A DNA stretch of 63,768 nt, counting the filler, from Choristocarpus tenellus KU-1152 (taxonomy: Eukaryota; Protista; Phaeophyceae), in the NCBI GenBank assembly GCA_964200185.2. It is 6 parts of 6 records of this genome, joined end to end, with 100 filler letters (N's around TTAATTAATTAA, not from the genome) between each part and the next. Parts side by side here need not be neighbours in the genome. Positions count along the whole stretch, not along the records: positions 26,399 to 50,301 come from CAXNAD020000232.1; positions 50,402 to 53,863 come from CAXNAD020019869.1; 4 more parts are not named here. One strand, 5' to 3'. A model generated the notes under the pieces. The model searched no databases. It was not told where the DNA came from and saw nothing but the letters and a program-made list of their open reading frames with translations. A program made the position numbers and the translations under genes. Positions 38,001-51,455 of the stretch are shown piece by piece (within the stretch, counting starts at the first letter, position 1; each line of letters starts with the position of its first letter).

Positions 38001-38314
38001 TCCCCATTATTGGTCTGAGGGTTAGGAACATGTCGGGGGGAGCCTCACTTTTTTACCCCAGACTCCTTTTCCCGAAGTTCCTCGCTAACCCGCTCGTAGG
38101 TCTGAAGCAATTGGTTGTAGAGTGCCTCCTGCACGCGATCCATCAAGGGGTGACGACCGAACTCACGGATCATTTCCTCTGGGTCCTCATACTCCCCTTC
38201 CTCCTCCTTCGGTGGGCCATCCATGACCTGGGTGTACCTTCCTCCCCCACCTACATCCCCACTTTCCTCTGTTGTTACGGAGGGTCCTCCGTCGTTGTAT
38301 ACCTCTCCGTCCAT
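26864..38314 (-). CDS. CCDC40: Coiled-coil domain-containing protein 40 (axonemal 96-nm ruler, FAP172 homologue), 16 exons
   Basis: HPLMDRVQEALYNQL, REHVGVELYSMQQQLAKLQ, EMKDEILVTRRATYKAE, QDLYIDRL, EKKQLLQQWRSALVGLNLRDEA, EIRQRNDEIEKK, GPLEASVKNL, ERQVMLWEKKIQLERE, MEREIHRMRIR; last exon 27001-26864. All 15 introns are in phase, three needing GC donors. Confidence 0.93.
27049..27307 (+). mobile_element. MITE family A copy 1 (259 bp) in last CCDC40 intron
   Basis: TIRs GAGTGAAAGTATCTTAGAGG / CCTCTGAGATACTGTGGCTC, 3-bp TSD TAA. Confidence 0.9.
33362..33619 (+). mobile_element. MITE family A copy 2 (258 bp) in CCDC40 intron
   Basis: 23-bp TIRs GAGTGAAAGTATCTTAGAGGGTA / TACCCTCTAAGATACTTTGACTC, TSD ATG. 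Confidence 0.92.
37229..37486 (+). mobile_element. MITE family A copy 3 (258 bp) in CCDC40 intron 2
   Basis: Same TIRs and internal sequence; flanks cctt/cctt. Confidence 0.9.
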
Positions 38315-39209
38315 TTCAATTTGATACCTCGAGTCTATCGGGGAACTCTCTCGTTCTTGGGACGTCCAATGAATTCTCTTGCTTGTCTCGAAGTTCTGGG
38401 GTTGTAGGAATGAAATAGAATGACGTTTCAATAACCGAGGAACAGAACGTTCAACTGCTGATCTCTTCGCCGTTGGTGGCGTTCTTTCCCCTTTTTTCTT
38501 ACTTTTTGTGGGTAACCCATGTTCGCTACACATCAGGTTTCAGGTTTCAATTACAAACTCAATCCCACTCCTTTTTGTTGTGTTAACTCGAAGTCCATAC
38601 TAACCAGTAGGTGTAGAGATGGCGTACCCATTATTTCTTCGGCACCCTCCAAAGTCTTGTTTTGCACAACGCACCTGATACAGCCATTAGTTTGGCCTCT
38701 CCAAGTGTGTCTTGGCTTGAACTGCTAAGCTAATATTAATAACTCTATCAAGCTTCTACTCTTACAGCCCTAGTCACACCCATACCCACATTCTATCTGC
38801 TCTCTTCAATCTACTCCCACTGGGATCCCCCAAACCCCAAATCTACAACAATAACGAAATATATCTCAAACAAAGCCTTTTCACTCATGCCTTCTACATG
38901 CCTATCTGTAGGAACACCAACAATACTAGTCAGCAAGAAGAGATAAGGAGTGAAATACATCTCCTACTTCCACCCTGCTGCATTTCTTGTGGCAAACTGT
39001 GTACCTACATTTTGTTGTAGAACAAGTTGATTGACTTCTTTACTGTCTTAGTTGCAAATGTATACTATTAGTGGATTTAAGGCACGCCTTATATATTGCT
39101 TCTCAGCATCCTTCATCCTTTTCCTTTGTTCTATTCTGCTGTCAATCTCCCATCTTTACGGCATCTCCGCATCGTTCGCACAGGTGTTGATCCTCGTCGC
39201 AGTACCTTA

Positions 39210-41833
39210 TTAAGCCTTACAAACAACTCGTTTCCTTTTACGGGTTTCCTCCATACCCTGACCTCCACAGAAAGCACAGCCGCATCGTTTATCAAGGGCA
39301 TCTACCAATAGCTGTGTTAGAACCTCCCAAGCACCATTGTGTTCTGGAGGGGGTGGTTTTTTAGCCACTGATGGGAAATGAGGAGTGGGCTGCAGGAATA
39401 ATGTAGCGGAGGCAGCAGAAGCCAAGAAACAACCTCGCAAGCCCTCCCATGAGCCTTGGAGAATTCCCATTAGTCCTGAGCCTCCCCACCCTGGTGTTGG
39501 TTCACTACAATTAAAATTGCCGTCTCTTTTAGGTATTCTTTTCACTGATGCTGATTCCAATGCTGCTGCCTCCTCAGTGAGCCCTGCCCGAGCCTCTATC
39601 ACCACTTCGCTGCTGGTTGCACCGTCTCTATTTCCAACCACAGCCTCTAGCACTGTTACGAGGTGCTGTGGAGAACTAGACCTGCAAGGGTAGGAATAGC
39701 GATGTTGTATTCCTTCCCTCTCTTCTCTCCAATTGTCTTGCTCCACCATCCTGCTGAAAAAGGCATCACCCAAGGGCACTGAGTGTGGCAGTTTCTCGCA
39801 ACCAATCCCTTTCCCCACCCGTGTGGGCGCAATATCTTGAGCAAAAAACTCCCTTGCTGAAGCAATCCCCTCATCAACAATGTTAAGTGCAGCAGAACTG
39901 CTCAGTCCCAATGCTGCCCTTACCCGTAAAGGTAGGCACGACCCTCTGCTGCATGTTAGTCGCCGGGCTAAAGTGAGGGCGGTGAGTGCCTGGGTAGTGG
40001 TAGGAAGAGACTTGCTGGTTGTGGGTAACCGATGCTCATGGGTAGGGGCACGCAGGGCGACATGACCATGGTGATGACGAGAACAGTGGGGTACAGGGAC
40101 ACATGTTGGGTCTGAGAAGGAAATGGAGGGACAGGAAGAAGGACCCGAGCGAGTGACCTCGTGGAGCAGCAGGCATACGGCAAAGTACTCTGCACAGGTT
40201 TGTACAGTAGAACTGGCGCCCACTGCCGCACAAAAAATGTGAAGTAGAGAAACACTGTTGGCACGGAAGGCGGCATTGATGGATGGACCCTCTGAACAGG
40301 AGAGCTCAAGGCCTGACCATCGACATCATGCGCGATTTGGAGGTTCGTTAGAATTTCGGTGGTCTAGTTGCTGATAAATCGAAGAAGTATAGTAGTTGAT
40401 GAGTAATATTTGGAGTAGAAGAGAAGACTATTAACAAGAAGAATGATTGCTGAGAGTGGACAGAGCTGCACAGGGTTGAAGAAACCCGAGTGACAAAATT
40501 TCCAATTTCCTTCACTGTGTCTCTATATCGTGTATCACAGTAGTGGACGGAAAGTTACATCACAGCATATCTTACGTTGTACGATGTTTCTTTCCTTTGC
40601 CCTTTGTTCATGTCCTCATCACAACTAACTCATGTTGAAAGATATCGTTGTGCACTGGGGATATTCCAAGGATAGGGGGTACTGTCCACAATAGAGTTGA
40701 TCGAGGCAACACCAACACCATGTTTGTCGTCTAACAGGGCCCCTTGAACTTCCTTGTGGCAAGTCACTTACCCAAGTTAATGACGTCAGTGCGATTGAGC
40801 CTTACCCCGATCCCGTCCAGGCCAGGCCCACCATCGATCTCGTGGTATTTTGATGCAAGGTGGATGGCAGTGAAGAACAAAAGCTTTGCCGTGATCGTTC
40901 TATGTTGTCTTTTCTTCCCCCATTTCGCAGAAAGGAGAGTAGAGTTCGCCACATGATTCCCTCCCGTAAGATTGGTAGCTTTCAGGTTGCTCAGGTATCG
41001 AAAAACGAGGTCTGTCGCAGAGGCCACTACCAACGGTTCTAGGTGCAATTCCTCGCAAGCAAACTTCGTCCACTTGACAATATTTGATGTGATCCCCAGA
41101 AAGGTAACTCGTGGTCGTAGAGTTTCAGAGGACTTCAACATAGATGAGTGACTTCGAGGTGATGGAGCCCGCTGATGGTGAGTGGAACAGAATACGAACA
41201 GGACAAGAATAACGCAATGTCCAGTGAATTAAGAAGTGGCAAACGTGGATAACACGATATAAGAACATGACTGAGTAGGTACATTGCCCCAATAAGTAGT
41301 CAGAAAGGGTAAGGGCTGAGTAACCCAGCTGTACCATGAGCGCAACCTCTAAGTTCATGCTCACTCCGACGAATGGTGATCAGGACGGCCATAGATGCCC
41401 CTCCTCTCTCAAGAGTGAGTACAGACAGGTGATTGTTATCTATATATTTTTTCTCTGTTAAAGTGTTTTTCCCTGACTGAAACAAGCTCCCTCACGAATG
41501 GAAGAATGCTCACCCCAATCTGGATTAGATGCTCGTACATACTTGAAAATGATATTCCCGATCTCGGGTCTGTAGCACACTCAGCGAACCACCATGAAGG
41601 CAAACTCTCCCACGTCGTACAGCAAGATCGTACAAGTAGAACCTAAGGGAGATGGAGGGCGCGTCAAAACTGGATGGCAGACGAAACGTGGCAAAGCATC
41701 CTGCTGCTGTAAGCAATCCCTCTTCTATTTCGAAACCACCGAGCAGTATAGTCTGGTCGATCATTCTACAGAATATTCTTTGCCCCCTTGTCAAATAACT
41801 TTCTATCCAAAAAGTAAGTTCGACCTTACCCAA
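39210..41833 (-). CDS. Divergent cyclin-box protein (5' exon structure unresolved)
   Basis: Cyclin N-box-like IVKWTKFACEELHLEPLVVASATDLVFRYL...KLLFFTAIHLASKYHE (41141-40769). Second-box-like SLLHIFCAAV..VQTCAEYFAVCLL and PTTTQALTALTLARR in the following exon. Confidence 0.7.
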
Positions 41834-42242
41834 ATTCTATCTCATAATTTTTGTCTCACATCCTCAAGCTGCAAGAAGGAGAGCCACTTTTCCGACAGAG
41901 GTGGGATGTGCGCCATTGGTAATGGCACCCACTTTCTTTCTTTGTCACATCTACACGCAACAGTATACGATTGACGCCTCTCTACTCCTTAGTAGCCTAA
42001 AGGTCGATTCTGTTCAATTCCTATTCCTTCGCCACGAAAAATAAAATAATATATTTATATATAGAAAGAATAGAAAATAATATACTGGGGGTGTGAGTGT
42101 GTCTAGTGTTTGGTGTCTGTCCACTTGAGCAGGTTTGGCACGGCAGAATTACCCGTTCCGTCCCAATCTGCTCTTCCACACCCCAAACAAACAAGGCATC
42201 GCCCTCCTCCTCTATCCTGGACTACAGACGTAGAGACTAATC

Positions 42243-43383
42243 ATGGTGAGCTGCTTCTTAAGTTTATTAGTCCTTCCGATTTTAATGGACCTACGTTTAT
42301 CTATTGTTGTTCCAAATCGAATAGATAGGACTGGAGACTTATCCTCTCAGGACTGCTTTGGCAAGTTTGTGTGCGTGTCGTCTGTATCAAAGCATATTGC
42401 GTTCGTTTTAGAAGCCCGAGTGAGAAGGCCTTGCTATAAGCGGTGCAGTTTTTTCGTTTGTGTTATACCAGTATTTTCTGCGGAACATCGTGACTCTGGT
42501 TTGAGCCGACCCTAGGCATGTATGTAACCCCCGAACCTCCCCTGCCCCTATTTTCTTCCCCGAGCGGCTACTTCATTTTGAAATTATGTGGCTGATTTGT
42601 ACGGTTGCAAGCCCCACGTCGTAGACCGAAGTCTTGACTCGACTTGTTCAAATGTTCCCAGTTTAGTTTCTGTTTTTCGTCGATCATCCCTCCCTCTTAT
42701 CGTGGTCCTACCGAAGGCCCTATCATTGAATGTCATTTCTCAACATGTTCGATGCAGTCAGATGCCTCCCCGGAAAGCTTCATTATTGCCTTTTGTGTTC
42801 TCTCATTTCTAGTTTAGAGTACGTTATTTTCCAATTTTGGTCGGGAACTTCGGATGACTGATAAGTTCTGTAGTAGAACAGAGTAACGTCAGCACCTATG
42901 CTCGAAGTTATGAACTGATATCTTATCCTTCTCAATACCTCACTTATCGTCGATCCCCAGTCGACCACTGGTGTGACCGTGAACGACGAGGCGGTGTCGC
43001 AGTTCAATGCGTTCAAGCTCCACCGTGAGCCCCACGACCACCGGTACTTTATCTACAAGATTCATGACAGCAGAGAGATCGTGGTGGACTCATTTGGTCC
43101 GAAGTCCTCGACATACGAGGACTTCTGCGAGTGCTTCCCATCAAACGAGTGCCGTTACGGGGTCTTCGATTTGGACTACGAGACAAACGACGGGCGGAAA
43201 GCGAACAAGCTGGTCTTCATCTCCTGGAGCCCGGACACCGCCCCAATCAGGAACAAGATGGTCTACGCAGCATCCAAGGAAGCCATTAAGTGTGCCTTGA
43301 TGGGTGTGGGAGTGCACTTGCAGGCCACCGACCAGGGGGAACTTGAGCTTTCATACATCAAGTCCCAGGTGATGAGGGTGTAA
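42243..43383 (+). CDS. ADF: Actin-depolymerising factor / cofilin (exon 1 = ATG only, 42243-42245; exon 2 42961-43383)
   Basis: M|STTGVTVNDEAV..RYFIYKI..YEDF..ECRYGVFD..KLVFISWSPDTAPIRNKMVYAASK..LQATD..EL; atg|gtgagc donor and ccccag| acceptor; strong GC3 bias. Confidence 0.96.
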
Positions 43384-45069
43384 ACCTTTTTCTCTAGGTT
43401 TGAGGGGTTGGAGAGAAGGGGGGAGAAAGACTGGCATGTTGCTGTAGCACAACGATATTGTGCACATGGGAGCCATAAAAGGGACAAAGAGGGGGATTGA
43501 ACCCCCTTTTCGCACCTTCCCTTACTGTGACTGCCTATTCCCCCCTGGACTCCTCCAACTGTGTATATCCCAAGGACACATGTTTCTTTTGAAAGAAGAG
43601 GAAGACCCTGGAATGACTTCACGGTAGATGTGCCTTGCATTTGTAAGAGGTTCCTCTTTTCCCAATCATTGCGTCTATTTTGCTGCAGAGAAGTGAGGGT
43701 AATGGGGTGGTTGCATATTTGCCTATACTGGAGGAAAGGCGGTTTTGTAGGGGGTTGATCTTACAGATCGGGAGTAAGGCGGGATTTCCTGAGGGCGTGC
43801 TCAAGCAGTGGTTCCCTGCAGCAGAGGCCAGGCTTGAGGTGGAATAGTAGGGCACCATGGAGGAATAGTAGGGCCAAGGGAATGAGTTTTCTGTCGTGCA
43901 TTAGTTGTGTTACATAGTTTTGAGTAGTTTGCAGCACAGCATAAATAAATATATCTGTGAAGTGGATGAGAAAACATAGTGAAAACTGCTGAACCTCTCT
44001 CCTCAGAAGAGGTAAAATCAAGGAAGGGGAAAGTTGGGATCGTGGATTCTCAAAGCAGTTGAGAGGCACTCGCTGCGAAGGTTGAGGAGTTTGTTCCCCC
44101 TCTTGTGTTTGTATGTATGTCATCAATTACCCTGACCATATATTTTTATGTATGGGTGTGCGCCTCTGCTACTGATTGGACCCACAGCTGTGATGGCTGC
44201 CTAGAGCCATTTTTGTGGTGCAGGTCAGGACACCTGTGTACTTGCTGGTGGTCATATCCTCCCTACTAATTTTGTCCAGTTCCTATTCTAGAACGTTTTA
44301 TGTTTCATGCTTAAGGTTGTACTGCTTCAACACGCCTGCCCCTGACGGTCATTTGAACTGTACTCACCAAGTTCATTGCTTAAAATTCCAGCACTACTAT
44401 ACAAATATTGTATTATGAGCAGTGACTCAGTCAAGTTTTTGCTGTATCCAGCAAAGAACACAACACAGATGTTAACAAACTGCTTGTGGATTTAAGAGGT
44501 TAGCGATGGTATGGTCCAGACAACACAGTGTTCATGGCAGTCTGGCCAGCACACTTTACCTTTTTTGGGAAAGGTGATCTTAAATGTACGACCAAAGTGT
44601 TTCCAGAAAGCCCCAACTTAACTGTGCATGTTAACTGCTTTTTTTTTACTTTTCTAGCAAGTTTTGCTGCTCTAAGCAATCAACAGTTTTAACCTGAACT
44701 CTCACTGATCTGGCGTGCCAAGACATGAATGGAAAAAAACAACTCCACAATGTATTAACTTCGGCAGAGAAGAATGATCAACAGTCACTGGAAGATCATA
44801 TTAGGTTGAAATGTGGGAAACTGGATAATCTTCTATTTCAGACTTTTGAAGTGAAGACTGCGGAAATAAGATGATTTATTTTTATTTGTAAAATTCTTGT
44901 TAATTGAGAACATCAGGTGCATGTTTAAACTCTGAACACCATCGATTTTACAGATCCTATGGATCAATTCTGATAGGGCATGACATCGCTTTTGGACAAT
45001 TATGGCCTCTAATGTCTCATTTTTTTTTTAATTTATTGATTTAGAATCCCCTTGTTGATGCTGTCATTC

Positions 45070-45133
45070 ATCTTAGAGGGTGCAAGTTTTGCCCATTTTG
45101 GGGTTTGGCTCCCCACAGGTTTTTGACAACTTT
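45070..45133 (+). mobile_element. Truncated MITE family A left-end fragment
   Basis: atcttagagggtgcaagttttgcccattttggggtttggctcccc aligns to the family A 5' region. Confidence 0.6.
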
Positions 45134-47684
45134 GTGCACATGTTCAACAATCCCACTCTAACCCAGTCTTTTGTGTGAACTCTGTGTGGAAAATGAACAT
45201 ACCTAATCGGTCAACTTTGCTTTGGGAGGTGTTTGACCCTGTTGTACTACAGCAGGGCAGTCCCACCAACTTTGCGGATCCACCACTATCATTGTTCTTT
45301 GTTTGCATTTCTTGTACACTTTTTCAAGAATCTTTTACCCTAACCCTATCCTCTGTGTGAAAAAGTGAAAAAGGATGACAGTGGTGGTTCCCCGGTGCAC
45401 TGCAATGGTCATATCTTAAGAATCTCCAAAAACTTCATGATTTACTGCCCTGAACTCTTTTGTGATTATTTTGTCCCTTTGGACAAATCATCACCCCCAG
45501 TCAGGATGGCAAAGATCCTCCAGTTGAAATTTTATTGTAACAAGTAAAATAATTGAAACTTGGGGCTTCAAGAAATCAGTTCCGTTTTTTAATGAAGTAT
45601 CACTACACCAGTGCATTGAGGGAGATATCCAGTGCCTAATGGTTTTGCACAGTATCCAAAACATTCTTGAGGGACTTTGTGGTATGCTCTAGTGTAGAAT
45701 AGGACAGCTGTCAAAAAAATTGAATGACCGGTCTGTGAACATAAACTACAGAGACTGTAGTGTCATACTTCCTATCAGACCAGGATGGCATGTTACCTTT
45801 GGGGACAGGTGCAGTAGTGTGCTCTTTCTGTCCAGTTTTTTGAAGGTGATTTGGATTGCTGGACATACAGGGACAATATGCTGTTAGCATCCATTCACAA
45901 TATTTGATGATCAAGTGCTCATCACAATTTCCAAAATATTCTACAGTATAGTCATTTCTACTTTTTGTTGACAGGAATACAATAATTGGATCGGCAGGAA
46001 CGTGTCTCCATTTTAGAGTACACTGGGTAATGCAGTTCTTGAGTGAGGTATCTCAACAACCCCCTTGAAACTCTTCACATGTTGAGGCCCTCATAATAAA
46101 ACAAAAGGATCAAAAAGAGTTGGAATTAAGGTACTGGTCAGAATTTCCTTCCTCCACGAGAATACATGAGGTTCTGTGACAACATTGATCTTCTGATTGG
46201 TAAGAGGTCTTCCAAGCTATTGATTCATTACACGATTGACAAGTATCCTGCCCACACATGAAGTCACTGTATGCAAAAAATATATTTTTGACGTGAAGCA
46301 ACCAGGCGATGACAGGACACTTCTCTGCGAATATCATTTTTTTTTTTTTGCTACTTAGGAGACACTTTCCTTGTTGAGTATGGGTCTCTCTACGTAATGG
46401 GAAGGCGTATCACCCTTGCATTAAATTCACCTTAAAAAACAGTCTTTGGTCATTTCCAAAAATGTTTGAACGGTATGTTATTTGTGAGGTATGGTAAGGC
46501 TAATCTGATCTAGACAAACTAATCTTGATGTTGTGTTGTGTATCAAAATGTCCAAATCCCTTCTGTAACACAGGGAACAGATAGTACGCCCTAATGCACC
46601 AAAAAAAGTGCCTGCTAAATAAAATACACCTTGAAAGTTCTTGTGGATAAAAGCACTCAATCAACCTTGGGGTTTTCTGAGTAAGTGTGCTTTGCACACC
46701 AGCTGCTGCTACAAGACAATCATGTGCCAACCAATAATTGTTTCGATGTGAAATTTTGCATTTAGAAACTCTCCATTTGCAACTAACACTTTGCTTACGC
46801 TACAGATGGAACCCCTACTACCACCCTGCCCATTGCAGATCTAAAAAAGCTTTCGAGTCCATTGAAACTGCTCTCCTTAATCCTACCTAAAAGGTACAAA
46901 TTGCACAGTGGGACAAGGGAGAGTCACATAATACACATAGAGAAAATATACGAATAACCCTGGTAACACCTTCAAGGTTGGGTCTGATCAACATCAGCAT
47001 GACCCAGTGCCCCACTCTTCTGGGACACACACCAACCCCAGTCTGCACCTGCCCCACCCACCAACCCACCCATGTAAAATAATGCTGTGACCACACCGAC
47101 ATAATGATACCGTACAAGTAGCAATAATTAAAAGGCAGGGGAGAGAGGGGAAAAGGTGGGGGGAGGGAATCACACCTCTGAAATATTTTCCTACTCAACA
47201 CCCAATACTAAGCAGTGATAACAAGAAAGTTGAAACTCTGCTTCATTCAACACTTCAGGCACTTCAGTAGAAACAGTTATCTTCTCCTCCTTCACACCCT
47301 CACCTCACATTCCTTTACACAAATCCTCTACAAATAGGGATTATCGCCCGTTCTCAGATTGAAATGCACAGGCATTCCCTGTAGATCATTAGTTTTTTTG
47401 TTAATCATGTATGCACTTGAAAAAGGTATTACTTTAGCTGAACAAGTCAAGCAAAAACCAACTCTGGCACCACTTTGTTACCGCTCATCCCATTCAGCCC
47501 CTGTCCCCTCTTAGATTGCCCATTTCATCCATTCTTACCCCACCATGCCCTACCACCCTTCTATTGGATGACAAAATGAAATTATCGAAGCTTACCCCAT
47601 TTCCACAGTACTATTCATCCCATCGAGTCCCTGACCCTACCATTCCACCCCTCCATTCCCCACCATGTCCTACCGACCTTGAAT

Positions 47685-48948
47685 CTATTGGATAACATCA
47701 ACGAGAAAATCGAAGATCTCGGTGTTACGAATAGCAGTCTGGATATCCTCTTTCTGTAGAGTTCTTCGCTTGTTCTTCTCCGAGTAGCACCACGATCTGA
47801 GAATGTTAAGGGGAGTTTGTACAGGGGTGACCCGTGACAGTTGAGGGGTGCATTTCTCGGTTCTTTTCTGTAGGTGCGGGTATTGCAATACTTCCACACC
47901 CCAACTCCTTACAATCTCAACAAGCACACCAAAGAGAGCCTCAGATATTTTGCTGAATCTAGGATGAGATCAATCTCTCCAAAACATAATCGTTACACCA
48001 GTGCTATAGAATGATGCAAGACGACGCAGATAGCTTGGTACAAAGTACTGAAGGTCTACAAGAGCCTAAACGATACCTACAGCAGACATCAGCTACACTG
48101 TCACCGCATAAATCAAAATAATTTTCTTCCAAAAAGCCCCCTTCTCCCAAATATACATCTACAAATGACAGCCTTAAGCTGGATAGATAACCCTATCGCC
48201 TCCGCTCCGTCCGAGCCCTCTCTGCTACTTGCACATATCCTCAATCCTGTTGCTTAGACTCCACAGGGAAAGGATGCCTTCTTCCTGTGGCACTAGCAAC
48301 TCCAGACAATTCCCCAAGTCAAGCGAACAAAAGCAGAAGAAACCTTGTCACCTCAATGTAAGTTCCAGGATGAACATTTCGCAAGCCTTTGCGAAGAGAA
48401 CCGGGGCCTCGGCAGATATCATTCGCACGTCCTCGTCGGATTTCATTATGCGTTTGATGCGGGCCAGTGGCAGGTCATTGTGGTTCTTGAAATCCTGCTC
48501 TGTTCCAATCTCGAGCACGTCCATCTGTATACCCAGAAGCAACAGATACAGCAATAGATACAGCAGTGAGGACTGGTTGGAGGGTTTCCTACCACGATCT
48601 AGCCTATGTGAAAAGTTCATTCACCCAATGCTGCTCACACATACCTTCACCCCTTTCTAAGTAGGTGTAAGGGGGAAGGATGCAGGGGAGCTCACCTCGT
48701 GCATTTGCTCTCCCCAGAACTTCCCCAGTAAATCTTGCATATGCTGCCAGATTAGGTGGTCCATGAGCAGCGTAGAGGGTCAATAAACAAGGTGTCAGGA
48801 GATAATCCGCATCCCGTTGGTGGCGGTAAATGATCCTCACTTGAATGAGAAATACACTATAAAAGTAATCCAACCTGTATACCTTCAAGAAGGCTGCATT
48901 ATCGGCGTCGGAGGCCGTTCCACCGGTCGCCAACTCGGCATTCTGCAT
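47685..48948 (-). CDS. NF-YC: Nuclear transcription factor Y subunit C (HAP5), 4 exons
   Basis: [48 protein letters not shown]|[36 protein letters not shown]; upstream exons MQNAEL..FLK and [16 protein letters not shown] are in phase. Confidence 0.96.
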
Positions 48949-49874
48949 CCCCCTAAGGGAGGGCTCCTCTCTCGAGGAAAGCTGATGGTGGTTTGCTGAC
49001 TCGAACCTCGAGTTCAAGAGAGAGTTTGAAGTTTAGTGCTCCCTTTCTCTCAAACAAGTCAACCTTCACTTTGGTAACACACCGAGATTATGTGGGATTT
49101 CCAACGCTCTTCGACCTATACTTCCAACCTGAATGATGAGAAATGCAGTAGGAACTATAGAATCAGCTGTATCGCCCCTCTTCGACGTCAAGGGCCAGAC
49201 AGTGAGGATATATTTGTTTTTGTATAAGTTGATGCTACAGAGCGATGATCTATACGACGCTATATATTGGGAAAATATATAATGCTACAGGGTCGCCATT
49301 CTATGATTCCTAGCAAAACAGAATACCCCACACCTTGCGGTCCAACTCTATCGTCAATTTGACCCTCGATTATTCCGTTCGTTACCATTCTTTTCCTGGC
49401 GTTAGGGAATGTGGTTAACCTTTAACATTATGTTACCGATTTCGGAGATGATCTGTCTTCCTTCTTTATATATTACTAGTGGAATCATTTACATCACATC
49501 AGGGTGAGGGATACCAGATGGTCGATAAAGTTGTTTAAAGAAGGTAACGGACACTCCTTAAGAAGCGCCACAATAGCAAAACAAAAACGAGTTGAAAAAA
49601 AAGGAGGGGAAGAAAAGAAATGAATAGGAACAAAGGGATTTGTACAAGAAAAACTCCTACCTCAAAAAATCTGATGAAGAAAGAAGAATCCAAGAGAAGT
49701 CTACAAAAAAACATTTAGGAGACAGTGAGTGAGGGGTGATGGTGGTGTTTCTGACTTGGGAGAAGTTAGTCCTGCTGTAGCGTGAAGTTCATCACCTACC
49801 TACCACAGGTTCCTTGAATATCATCGACTCGTAGAATCTGTCAGACCCCTCCTTGCCCACCTTCCCTGTGTCTC

Positions 49875-50301
49875 TACCTTGAAACGTATGACACATCTCG
49901 AGATAGCCACTTGTGGAGTAACGATTACTATCTGTTTCAAGCGGAACTCGACAGCCCCCTTCCTGGAATAACCCCCAGCCCCTCTCCCCCTACAGCATGG
50001 GAGGCCAACTTAGCTAGGAAACTCTCTGCATGCTTACCAAGGCAACCAAAGCTTTCCAACGCGAAGGAGTTGAGATTAAAACTGCAAGCGTCAAAAGATC
50101 CTTTGTAATGGAACATCATATCCATCCATGAGAAGTTCTGGTCCATTGTAGTAAGAAGGCTGCCATCCTCAAGGGGTGCCTATCCTACAGAGTTGGCCAA
50201 GACCTTTCACCAATAGGCGTGTGATGGTGTTCTTGTCTTCTCGACTTGGGGGGGGTACAGGCATGCCGACAGTGTACCTCCTGCACACTGGCACCTGGCA
50301 C
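49875..50301 (-). mobile_element. Decayed 3' end of an RLE-type (CRE-like) non-LTR retrotransposon
   Basis: Restriction-like endonuclease terminus pattern HYKGSFDACSFNLNSFALESFGCLGKHAESFLAKLASHAVGG followed (after a frameshift) by RLKQIVIVTPQVAISR; upstream E...MD motif; stops and deletion present. Confidence 0.7.
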
Positions 50302-50401
50302 NNNNNNNNNNNNNNNNNNNNNNNNNNNNNNNNNNNNNNNNNNNNTTAATTAATTAANNNNNNNNNNNNNNNNNNNNNNNNNNNNNNNNNNNNNNNNNNN
50401 N
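50302..50401. other. Artificial contig spacer
   Basis: N44-TTAATTAATTAA-N44. Confidence 0.99.
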
Positions 50402-51211
50402 GGGGGGGGGGGGCGGCCCTGGGTTTTGGTTTGGGGGGGGGTGTTGTGTGCAGGCGGGGGGGGGGGGGGGGGAGAATAATCTACGCGTTCGTTTGCCCAT
50501 TTCCCGGTAGGAATCGTTTGTTTTTGGTTTGTTTGTTTTTATTTTTGAGAACGCCCGGACCGACCAGGGTAAATCTCTTTTTTTTTTTCCAGGGCCGATC
50601 CTGTTGAAATAAGAAAAGAAAGAAGTGCTGTATTCTGCTACAGTACGCAGTATATATGTATATATTTTATATTTCACATAACGAGCGTCAAATATCGTCC
50701 ATTGTATGTATCACACGAGTAAATGTCGGGTTTTTTTCCAGGGTTGCATTTTAAGGATCCTGAGGAAGGGGCAAACATTTGTCATTTTGTACAACAGCAG
50801 AAAGAGTGTTGGCCAAGTTGTGGTGTCAACTCTTGTCTATGGGGACAGGGGGGAGCGTTAAGTTTGCTTATGCCGATGAGCTACTTAACGACAGGCAATG
50901 AAACAGAGTGTAAGAACACAGGACAAGGAAGATGACTCAGAATAATCCCAAAAAAGGATCCATCCAAACCTGCCTACCTCTCAATCGGTGTGGCTCTATA
51001 TACAGCAAGCGCAGCCGCAGCGTTTGACAGGAGATTAAAATCATTTTGACCTGTTGCTAGAGTATACTGCATAGTTTCTAAGAGTGAAATGATAAATTTG
51101 ATCAAAGAAGCGGGAAGAAAAGGGGCGACCGATCGACTGCTGATTACTCACAAGTTTTTCACATGTTTCTTCTTTATTTCACATAGGTATGTGCGGTCCG
51201 GTCAGTACACA

Positions 51212-51455
51212 GAGTAAAAAGTATCTTAGAGGGTACAGTTTTTCCCTTGACTTCCATGGGGGGTTTTTATGACATTTTCCTACTACTCCAAAATATTTCG
51301 GAGTCGGTAAAATGTGTACGTTATGAAAAGGTTTGTCCGGAACAAGGACATTCATACTTCCTGACAAACACGATAGACGAAATTATGTCAAAATCACAAC
51401 ATTGGATTTTGGCCCCCAAGTGGATGCGGTTGTACCCTCTAAGATACTTTGGCTC
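51212..51455 (+). mobile_element. MITE family A copy 4 (244 bp, small internal deletion)
   Basis: TIRs GAGTAAAAAGTATCTTAGAGGGTAC / GTACCCTCTAAGATACTTTGGCTC, TSD ACA. Confidence 0.9.

Noticed and set aside
24248-38314. Linkage of the fibre gene with flagellar CCDC40 as a functional cluster
   Set aside because: They lie on different contigs separated by an artificial spacer
42840-42920. Intronic C/D snoRNA in the ADF intron
   Set aside because: No proper RTGATGA C box or terminal stem; only a 5-bp hairpin and a CTGA
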